Positions 26,325 to 32,839 of a stretch of DNA of 32,839 nucleotides are shown piece by piece (the first letter of the stretch is position 1; each line of letters opens with the position of its first letter). The DNA is from Candidatus Geothermincolales bacterium. GTDB lineage: Bacteria > Actinomycetota > Geothermincolia > Geothermincolales > RBG-13-55-18. The DNA is taken from assembly GCA_037478635.1 (NCBI GenBank), contig JBBFMI010000002.1, positions 1-32,839 of the forward strand, written 5' to 3'. The position numbers were made by a program, and so were the translations under genes. Below the pieces are notes generated by a model. That model worked only from the letters and a program-made list of their open reading frames with translations. It was not told where the DNA came from and made no database searches.

Positions 26325-26918
26325 ATGGGAAAGGGAAGGCTTTTCGTCGTCTCCGGACCATCGGGGGTGGGCAAGGGGACGGTAATAAGCGCTCTGCTCA
26401 GCAAGTATCCAAAAGCCTGGTTATCCATATCTGCCACCACCAGGAAACCCCGTCCTGGCGAACGGCATGGTGTTGACTATTTCTTCATCGAAGAAGATGA
26501 TTTCCTGGACAAGGCCAGGAAAGGTGATTTCCTGGAGTGGGCGGAGGTGCACGGAAACCTCTACGGAACCCCGGTGGGTGAAGTCGAACGAAAGCTTGCT
26601 GAGGGCAGGGATGTGTTCCTGGAGATCGACGTAAAGGGCGCCCTCCAGGTGATGAAAAAAGTGCCGGATGCGATCACGATATTTTTGGCCCCTCCCTCGA
26701 TGGAGGAGCTGGAGAAAAGGTTGTTGAAGCGGGGTACCGAAAGCGAGGAGGAGATCGACATCAGGCTTCGCAATGCCGAGAAGGAAGCGAGGTTTGCCCA
26801 GTCCTTTCGATACTTAATAATCAATGACGACCTGGAACGCGCCGTGGAAGAATTGTGTGCTATATATGAGAAAGAGCGTGGAGGAAATAACGGTCAGGAT
26901 AAAGACGTGGGAGGATGA
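26325..26918 (+). CDS. gmk: Guanylate kinase
   Basis: P-loop GPSGVGKGT and ATTRKPRPGERHGVDYFF motifs. Confidence 0.95.
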   Translation: MGKGRLFVVSGPSGVGKGTVISALLSKYPKAWLSISATTRKPRPGERHGVDYFFIEEDDFLDKARKGDFLEWAEVHGNLYGTPVGEVERKLAEGRDVFLEIDVKGALQVMKKVPDAITIFLAPPSMEELEKRLLKRGTESEEEIDIRLRNAEKEARFAQSFRYLIINDDLERAVEELCAIYEKERGGNNGQDKDVGG

Positions 26919-26924
26919 TAGCGC

Positions 26925-27173
26925 ATGTTGATGAAGGTCAAGCTGGACGATCTCCTGGAAAGGACGGGGGGATCTCGCTTCGTCCTGACGATGTTGGCGG
27001 CGAAGAGAGCCCGCCAGATCAACAACTATTTCCGCCACCTTGGCCATGGCCTGGGGCAAGAGGTAGGGCCTCAGGTGACATCTGAATCCAGCAAGCCCCT
27101 CACCATTGCACTGGAGGAAATCGTGGCGGACAAGATCGAATACGAGAGGCCCGCGGAAGAGGGCATCAAGTAG
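26925..27173 (+). CDS. rpoZ: DNA-directed RNA polymerase subunit omega
   Basis: 82 aa with the core motif SRFVLTMLAAKRARQI and the conserved gmk-rpoZ position. Confidence 0.85.
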   Translation: MLMKVKLDDLLERTGGSRFVLTMLAAKRARQINNYFRHLGHGLGQEVGPQVTSESSKPLTIALEEIVADKIEYERPAEEGIK

Positions 27174-27178
27174 AGGAT

Positions 27179-28375
27179 ATGAGCTGCGTTGTATTGGGGG
27201 TTACCGCCGGGATCGCGGCTTATAAAGCCGTAGAGGTTGCACGGCAGTTGGTATCCAGGGGAATCACCGTCAAGGTGATCATGACCGAGAGGGCCCGCAA
27301 TCTTGTGGGCCCTTCCACGTTTCGGGCCATCACCGGAAATCCCGTGGCCATATCGCTTTTCGACGATCCAGAATCCCCCATGAAACATATTAGCCTGGCC
27401 AGGGAAGCGGATGTCGTGGTGGTAGCCCCGGCCACTGCGAACCTGTTGGCCAAGATGGCGCACGGATTGGCGGACGACCTGCTTTCCACCACTCTCCTCG
27501 CCACCCGAGCTCCGGTGGTCGTGGCACCCGCCATGAACGCGGCCATGTTCCGTCATCCAGCTACCCAGGAAAACCTCGAAAAGTTGAGGCAGAGGGGTGT
27601 CGTCGTGGTGGGTCCAGAAGAGGGATACCTGGCCTGCGGGGAAGAGGGAGAGGGCAGGATGTCCGAGCCGTCCAGCATAGTGGACGCGGTCCTTGCCCTT
27701 CTGCGGGGCGGAAGACAGCTGGAAGGGAAAAAAGTCCTCGTCACCGCGGGGGGAACCCGGGAGCCCTTCGATCCGGTGCGGTACGTGGGAAACCGTTCCA
27801 GTGGCAAGATGGGGTTCGCCCTGGCAGAAGTGGCCAAGAGGAAAGGGGCGGAAGTATACTTGGTCTCCGCCCCCGCTTCTTTGGCCCCTCCGGAAGGGGT
27901 AACCCTGATCAGGGTGGAGACGGCGGAGGAGATGCGGGACGAGGTGATGAAGTTGGCCCCTGACGTCGATGTGGTGGTTATGGCGGCGGCGGTGGCCGAC
28001 TACACACCGGAGGGGTTTTCCGAGGAAAAGATAAAGAAAGATGGCCAGGAAGAACTGGTGATAAGATTGCGCAGGACTCCCGATATCCTGAAGGAACTCT
28101 TGGAGAACAGAAAGCGGGACCAGATCATAGTGGGATTCGCGGCCGAGACGGGGAACCTGAGGGAAAAGGCCCTTTCAAAGATAGAATCCAAGAGGGTGGA
28201 TCTCTTGGTCGCCAACGATGTTACCCGACCGGGTTGCGGTTTCGGTTCCGATTATAACCAAGCCCTACTGGTGTTTCCCGATGGAAGGACTAAAGAGACC
28301 GACCTGATGCCCAAGGAGGACTTGGCGATGCTGATATGGGACGAGGTGGCAAGATTGCTGGCAGAAAAGGCATGA
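27179..28375 (+). CDS. coaBC: Bifunctional phosphopantothenoylcysteine decarboxylase / phosphopantothenate-cysteine ligase
   Basis: 398 aa. N-terminal flavoprotein motifs GVTAGIAAYKA and PAMNAAMF; CoaB half VTAGGTREPFDPVRYVGNRSSGKMG. Confidence 0.9.
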   Translation: MSCVVLGVTAGIAAYKAVEVARQLVSRGITVKVIMTERARNLVGPSTFRAITGNPVAISLFDDPESPMKHISLAREADVVVVAPATANLLAKMAHGLADDLLSTTLLATRAPVVVAPAMNAAMFRHPATQENLEKLRQRGVVVVGPEEGYLACGEEGEGRMSEPSSIVDAVLALLRGGRQLEGKKVLVTAGGTREPFDPVRYVGNRSSGKMGFALAEVAKRKGAEVYLVSAPASLAPPEGVTLIRVETAEEMRDEVMKLAPDVDVVVMAAAVADYTPEGFSEEKIKKDGQEELVIRLRRTPDILKELLENRKRDQIIVGFAAETGNLREKALSKIESKRVDLLVANDVTRPGCGFGSDYNQALLVFPDGRTKETDLMPKEDLAMLIWDEVARLLAEKA

Positions 28376-28481
28376 GCTTTCAAGCCGGCACGAAGAGTGG
28401 ACGATTATAAATAGGCAAAGAGAGGTGATGAAGAAGAGGAATGGGCCGCGATGACCGCGGCGACGGGAACGGGGTCGGGAA

Positions 28482-28811
28482 ATGGCAAAGCTAAAGAAGT
28501 CGGGAATCGTCCTCAACGTGTCCACCTATCCGCTTCCCACCCTTCTTCCGAAAAAGGGGAATCGGAAAGCGAAGACCTTGACCTTCGACATCAATTTCGA
28601 CCTGGTAGAGGAGGACGGGTCCACGACCAAAGTATGGTTTTACCGGGGGTTCCGCTTCCCTCCCCCCCTGGATGACGGGGACAAGGTTGAGGTCGTGGGG
28701 AAATACGGTTGGTGGACTAAAAACGTTTTTTATGCTTCAAAAATAATAGACCGTAAGCGCGGAAAGATATATACTGGTTTCAGGAACAGGGAACTGAAGG
28801 AGGGCAGGTAA
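28482..28811 (+). CDS. Hypothetical small basic protein
   Basis: 109-aa ORF with no family I recognise. ATG is preceded by GGTCGGGAA (weak RBS). Composition is protein-like (KVWFYRGFRFPPPLDDGDKVEVVGKYGWW suggests a small beta-rich fold). Coding status rests only on ORF length and context. Confidence 0.45.
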   Translation: MAKLKKSGIVLNVSTYPLPTLLPKKGNRKAKTLTFDINFDLVEEDGSTTKVWFYRGFRFPPPLDDGDKVEVVGKYGWWTKNVFYASKIIDRKRGKIYTGFRNRELKEGR

Positions 28812-28836
28812 CCTAAAGCCCTCCGTTCCATAGCGG

Positions 28837-28924
28837 GTCGGAGTGGCGGAATCGGTAGACGCGCTAGGTTGAGGGCCTAGTGAGGGGTTACCTCATGGGG
28901 GTTCAAGTCCCCCCTCCGACACCA
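28837..28924 (+). tRNA. tRNA-Leu (anticodon GAG), CCA encoded
   Basis: 88 nt. Acceptor stem GTCGGAG/CTCCGAC, anticodon stem CTAGG/CCTAG with loop TTGAGGG (anticodon GAG at 28871-28873). Long variable arm typical of tRNA-Leu, T arm GGGGG TTCAAGT CCCCC, discriminator A plus CCA. Confidence 0.92.
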
Positions 28925-28929
28925 GAAAG

Positions 28930-28962
28930 AACCCGGCTCTTGAACAGCCGGGTTTTGTTGTT
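28930..28962 (+). terminator. Rho-independent terminator after tRNA-Leu
   Basis: AACCCGGCT / AGCCGGGTT 9-bp stem with loop CTTGAAC, followed by TTGTTGTT. Confidence 0.7.
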
Positions 28963-29277
28963 CAAATGTCACCCTATTCCAGCCTCACTATTCTCGTGGG
29001 CCTCATGCTCGATACCGGGTTGTTACAGGGAGGTACCGGGTATTCCATCCTGTCATGCACGGCTAAGGCGATCTAGACTCGTGTTTCCGGATCGGGAAAT
29101 GACACGGGTTATCGAGGGCGATAAGTCTTCCCGACCTTTTGTAGGGGTCAGTTTAGACTTGTTCCGTTTGACGACGTCCCCTCGAAGATGACCTAATGTG
29201 AGGAATCAGAAGCGGTCAAATACGAGTGGGGAGGGATCTTTCATCACTCTGCCGGTCAAGGGAGATCCGCGATGGTA

Positions 29278-30192
29278 TCAGTGTATATCGGACAGGAATT
29301 CCATCAGGAACCGGTTTACCTCGTCAGGCCTCTCCTGTTGGACCCAGTGGCTGCAACGCTCGATGGTTCGGAGCTGGAATGGTCCCGATACGTAATCGGG
29401 TATCTCATCCAGCAGGGAGGGATGGAAGGCCCTGTCTTCCATGCCCCAAATGACCAGCGTGGGACATGTGACCCGCAGGGAAGGGATCCGTGAGAGGGCC
29501 TTGGAGGGAGGGGCGAGAAGAATCCTCCGGAAGGAGGCGCGGTAGTAATTCAAGGCGGCGGTGAGGGCGCCTGGCTTGGCGGCGGCTTCTTTATACCTAC
29601 GGATGTCATAATCAGTGAAGGCCGATTTATCCACCGCCCATCCCCTGAATAGCCTCTCGATGAACTCATAATCGCGCCGGGCGATGTAGAGCTCAGGGAT
29701 TAAGGGTAGCTGGAAGAAATAGATGTAGCGAGATCTCTTCCTCTGGCGAGGGTCGGTGAGGATCTTCTTTGCCAGAAGAGGAGGGGGTGGACAGTTCAAA
29801 ACGGCCAGACCCTTCACCAAGTGGGGGTAATAGGCGGCGAAAGTCCAGGCCAGCCCTCCTCCCCAGTCATGTCCGACCAGCGTCACCTTCCCGTCCGTGT
29901 GTTCCTGGATCAAGCCCTCGATGTCCTCCAGTAGCACGCCCATGGAGTATTGGCCGACGCCCTTCGGTTTTTCGGTCTGGTTGTAACCACGGAGGTCGGG
30001 GACGATCACCCTGTAACTGGTTGCCAAAACGGGAATCTGGTGCCTCCAGGAGTACCAGAATTCTGGGAAGCCGTGCAGGAGCAGGACCGTGGGCCCTGAT
30101 CCGGCCACCACGCAGTGCATCCTGAGGTTGTTCACGTGGAAGTAGACGTGTTCCCAGGTAGCCTTACTCCCTCTCAGCCCCCCAGACATCAT
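29278..30192 (-). CDS. Alpha/beta-fold hydrolase, epoxide hydrolase / haloalkane dehalogenase-like
   Basis: 304 aa with HGFPEFWYSWRHQ (oxyanion HGxP plus the WR motif of epoxide hydrolases), nucleophile elbow GHDWGG (Asp nucleophile) and C-terminal CSHWVQQERPDEV (catalytic His). Confidence 0.85.
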   Translation of the reverse strand: MMSGGLRGSKATWEHVYFHVNNLRMHCVVAGSGPTVLLLHGFPEFWYSWRHQIPVLATSYRVIVPDLRGYNQTEKPKGVGQYSMGVLLEDIEGLIQEHTDGKVTLVGHDWGGGLAWTFAAYYPHLVKGLAVLNCPPPPLLAKKILTDPRQRKRSRYIYFFQLPLIPELYIARRDYEFIERLFRGWAVDKSAFTDYDIRRYKEAAAKPGALTAALNYYRASFRRILLAPPSKALSRIPSLRVTCPTLVIWGMEDRAFHPSLLDEIPDYVSGPFQLRTIERCSHWVQQERPDEVNRFLMEFLSDIH

Positions 30193-30367
30193 CGCCGCCT
30201 CCCTTCTTTAATTCGGCAGGGCACCCAATAGCCCAATATACCCTGCAGGTCACAACCATATTCCTGGCGATGCCGTTGCGGGCCCGTTTCTCCTCCTTTC
30301 CTGGCAAGGCCATGGAGATTAAAAGGACTTTATAATTACGGCGAGAAGTGAGGGGAGGTATGCGACC

Positions 30368-31609
30368 GTGAGAGGAAAGATCGCGCTGGTGCATTATTCA
30401 GGCCCTCCCGTGGTTGGAGGGGTTGAAACGGTGTTGCACAACCAGGCACGCTTCCTGGCTGAAAATGGCTACCCGGTTAAGGTGGTGGTCGGAAAAGGGT
30501 CGCCCTTCCATCGGGATGTAGAACACGTCGTAGTTCCAGAGCTCTCCTCCAATTTTCCGGCTTTTGTCGGCCTTTCGCGGGAGAGTTTTCAGGCCGAGGT
30601 GGACCGGCTGGCCAGAAGATTCGATGAAATATTCCAGGACACCGCCCTTCTCATAATCCATAACGTGATGACCATGCCCTTCAACATGGTGGCCACCGCC
30701 GCCCTGAAGAGGGTTATCGAAGCCGGCAAGCGGGCTGTGATCTGGTGTCACGATTCGCCCTTCATGGACCCGTCGTACAGGATCTCCAGGGACGAATATC
30801 CCTACAGCCTTTTGGCGGAACCCGTAAAGGGGGCCCGGTACGTGACGATAACCGAGCAGAGGAGGGAAGCGTTTTCTCGCCTCCTGGGCATGCCTCCCGA
30901 TTCCATACTCGTGGTGCGGAACGGGATAGACCTGTCCCATTTCTTATCCCTGGCACCCCAGGCCATCCACCTCATCGACGAGTTCAGGCTCTACGAAAAG
31001 GACCTGGTGGTGATATCCCCCGTCCGGATCACCCGGCGGAAGAACCTGGAGTTGTGCTTGAGGATATGCGCGGAATTGCGGGAGTACTACCCTAACTTGC
31101 TCCTCATAGTGACCGGGTTCTTGGATCCTCACAACCTGGAAGCGCGGACGTATTTCGAAGAGCTCAAGGCCCTGGTGGCCCGATTGGAGATGGAAAGGGA
31201 AGTGGTGTTCTTGGGGGAATACCGGATGGAAGACGGTACTCCCACCACCGCCGACTGGAAAGCCACGCGGGACATCTATTCCCTCGCGGACATATTGCTG
31301 CTGACGAGCGTGTCAGAGGGGTTCGGGCTTCCCCTGCTGGAGGCGGGACTGTTACGGATGCCCATCGTGTGTACCGATATTCCCACCCTGAGGGAAGTGG
31401 CCAGGGACGTGGAGAACGTGGTCTTCATAGGGCTCGAGGAGAAGCCCGAGGCGGTGGCAGGACGTATCTATCAGTTCTTGAGCTCGCATCGAACATTCAA
31501 ACATTTCAAGACGGTGTTCCGAGAGTATAACTGGAACGCCATCGGCAAGAGCTTCCTGATCCCCATCATCAGGGAAGCCTTGGGCGAGGAGCGAGGAAAT
31601 GAGGCCTGA
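30368..31609 (+). CDS. GT4-family (GT-B fold) glycosyltransferase
   Basis: 413 aa with N-terminal YSGPPVVGGVETVLHNQARFLAENGY and the C-terminal retaining-GT motif SVSEGFGLPLLEAGLLRMPIVCTD (E-x7-E). GTG start lies 9 nt after GGGGAGG. A perfect TATAAT at 30331-30336 sits in the divergent intergenic region. Acceptor and donor are unknown. Confidence 0.8.
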   Translation: MRGKIALVHYSGPPVVGGVETVLHNQARFLAENGYPVKVVVGKGSPFHRDVEHVVVPELSSNFPAFVGLSRESFQAEVDRLARRFDEIFQDTALLIIHNVMTMPFNMVATAALKRVIEAGKRAVIWCHDSPFMDPSYRISRDEYPYSLLAEPVKGARYVTITEQRREAFSRLLGMPPDSILVVRNGIDLSHFLSLAPQAIHLIDEFRLYEKDLVVISPVRITRRKNLELCLRICAELREYYPNLLLIVTGFLDPHNLEARTYFEELKALVARLEMEREVVFLGEYRMEDGTPTTADWKATRDIYSLADILLLTSVSEGFGLPLLEAGLLRMPIVCTDIPTLREVARDVENVVFIGLEEKPEAVAGRIYQFLSSHRTFKHFKTVFREYNWNAIGKSFLIPIIREALGEERGNEA

Positions 31610-31716
31610 GGGGACTCCCTCTATGCATCGATCGAGAGGGGAATGTCCAGTACCAGGCGATCAATTGCGGATGTAGTTGGGATAAGGGGCATTATCGTGG
31701 GCAAGAGGCTGTTCAG

Positions 31717-32199
31717 ATGGAAGACGACAAGTGGCCGAGGGTCAGGTTGGAGATAGGCCTGCCGGTGGCCAGGGGCGTGAACCTGTACGTGCCGATACCG
31801 GAATCCGTGCAATATATCCGGCGGGATATACCGCTGCTTCCGTCCAAGAGCCTCGCCCTCGGTCGCGTGGTTTTTACCCTGGAGCGGAGGAGCGGTGAGC
31901 TCATCGGCATACATTCTTACGTCAAGACCTCGCGCTGGAAGACCGAGGTCAATGAAAGTCCACCCGAACCCGACGCTGAAGGCGCCCTTTTTCTCGAATA
32001 TCCCTCGGAAAAAGATCTCGTCTTTCTGAAGGCCGAACCTTCTTTTCGATACCACGATGACCTGGGGGCGCTCCGCATTTCCTTCAGGGACACGACGCGC
32101 TTGGTCTTTAAGGTGGCAGATTGCCTACTGGTAGGGGCAGACGAGAAGCGTCGTTTGACCGAACTATGGATGCTTGACCTTCCCCTGGCCGTTGAGTGA
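31717..32199 (+). CDS. Hypothetical protein, DUF2283 (YuzE)-like features, possibly two tandem modules
   Basis: 160 aa. FRYHDDLGALRISFRDTTRLVFKVADCLLVGADEKRRLTELWMLDL resembles the DUF2283 pattern (x-Y-D-x-x-x-D-x-L-x-I ... G-x-L-x-G-I-E-I-L). An upstream segment GRVVFTLERRSGELIGIHSY resembles the C-terminal half of the same pattern. AAGAGG RBS. Preferred over the overlapping minus-strand ORF 31621-32055 on composition. Confidence 0.45.
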   Translation: MEDDKWPRVRLEIGLPVARGVNLYVPIPESVQYIRRDIPLLPSKSLALGRVVFTLERRSGELIGIHSYVKTSRWKTEVNESPPEPDAEGALFLEYPSEKDLVFLKAEPSFRYHDDLGALRISFRDTTRLVFKVADCLLVGADEKRRLTELWMLDLPLAVE

Positions 32200-32358
32200 A
32201 GGGTCGGCCGGGGATAGGGAAACCTTGATCGCCATGGACTCTTTGTCGTCGACGTGGCTTGGGCCTCTGTCTTTTCCGGCTTACGGACGGTAAGCCGACC
32301 GTAAGAGAAAGGACATACAATGGCTCGTTGTTCGTTGTTTCGCTCCCCGATCCTCCTT

Positions 32359-32839
32359 TCAGGGCTTTCGGGAGCAGCTACGCCCGCAGTCTATTATCCA
32401 GGGCTCTATGGGCAGCCGGGAAAGGAGCTCGTTGCCGTTCTCGGTGATGAGAAGAGGCCTCTCCAGCCTGAAACCGGCGACCCCCGGTCGGTTGCACACC
32501 ACCGCTATCATCTGTACGTATCCCGGCTCTAACACGTAGTCAGGCTGGTTGTTCCCGGGTGAGTGGCCGGAGGCCACGCAGGGGTACCACTCGTGGCCGA
32601 AGTGCCCTATGCCGTGCCCGAAGCCCGGTAGGATCCATTCCGCCCACCCGTTCTTCTGGACGAAGGCGTTTACGTTGTCCGCCACCTCGCCCAGGGTCTT
32701 TCCCGGTTTCATCTCTTCTATCACCTTGTAGCAGGTGTCCACGTAGGCGTGCATCACCTCTTCCTGTTCCCTGGTGGGCTTTCCCATGATGCAGTTGTGG
32801 GCCACGTCTCCCAGCATCAACCAGAACATGCCGTGAAGG
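32359..32839 (-). CDS. M24-family metallopeptidase (Xaa-Pro dipeptidase/creatinase-like), 5' end beyond the window
   Basis: C-terminal catalytic half with GDVAHNCIMGKPT (D-x-x-R/H-T-like metal site region), GHGIGHFGHEWYP, LEPGYVQMI and LERPLLITENG (Glu ligands). The frame stays open to the window edge (…LHGMFWLM…), so the gene is truncated by the window. Confidence 0.75.
   Translation of the reverse strand, partial: LHGMFWLMLGDVAHNCIMGKPTREQEEVMHAYVDTCYKVIEEMKPGKTLGEVADNVNAFVQKNGWAEWILPGFGHGIGHFGHEWYPCVASGHSPGNNQPDYVLEPGYVQMIAVVCNRPGVAGFRLERPLLITENGNELLSRLPIEPWIIDCGRSCSRKP

Noticed and set aside
28880-29191. 103-aa ORF starting inside tRNA-Leu, and the neighbouring ORFs at 29198-29493
   Set aside because: The first overlaps the tRNA and its terminator. 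The others overlap the 3' end of the well-supported minus-strand hydrolase or lie in unassigned sequence, with Arg/Ser/Pro-rich composition. None has an RBS or any motif.
31612-31648. Hairpin GGAC-T-CCCTCT / AGAGGG-GAAT-GTCC with palindrome-rich loop (ATGCATCGATCG) after the GT4 stop. A second hairpin GGCTTAC/GTAAGCC lies at 32278-32296 between the convergent genes.
   Set aside because: Both stems are real in the sequence but neither is followed by a U-tract on either strand. I do not call them terminators; they may be stability elements or chance structures.
31621-32055. 144-aa minus-strand ORF overlapping the DUF2283-like ORF
   Set aside because: The plus-strand ORF has an AAGAGG RBS, balanced composition and a family-like motif. 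The minus-strand product has no recognisable features. The choice is not certain.
28925-32839. Integrated mobile element or prophage remnant at tRNA-Leu
   Set aside because: No integrase, excisionase, transposase or phage-like gene was seen, and no direct repeat of the tRNA 3' end was visible by eye within the window. It is kept only as a low-interest synteny-break note.

Overview
Dense chromosomal segment with 37 supportable CDS (34 on the plus strand) and one tRNA, from a moderately GC-rich bacterium. The housekeeping gene order is aroC-aroK-aroB-aroQ-M24 peptidase-efp-nusB-pyrR-pyrB-pyrC...pyrF-mihF-gmk-rpoZ-coaBC. That order, plus an mIHF-type protein, points to Actinomycetota or a close relative; this is an inference, since no rRNA is present. 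There are four blocks. (1) aroE at 54-935. (2) A roughly 10.3 kb type IV pilus-like cluster at 967-11257: pilB, pilT, a translationally coupled ABC ATPase / ABC-2 permease / TPR membrane protein trio, pilC, a small excisionase-family HTH protein, pilM, pilN, pilO and a PilP-like protein. It ends in a clear intrinsic terminator and has no pilin, prepilin peptidase or secretin in cis. (3) Shikimate, translation and pyrimidine housekeeping genes at 11349-28375. These include a PyrR-type attenuator upstream of pyrR and an intact but degenerate, shortened CarB-like ORF where carA-carB would be expected. (4) A small orphan ORF and tRNA-Leu(GAG), followed by an accessory-looking block: an epoxide-hydrolase-like alpha/beta hydrolase, a GT4 glycosyltransferase, a DUF2283-like protein and a truncated M24 peptidase. 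No CRISPR array, transposase, integrase or obvious defence genes were seen. The most unusual items are the pilus cluster with its embedded ABC/TPR module and secretin-less PilP-like protein, and the CarB-like pseudoenzyme in the pyr operon.
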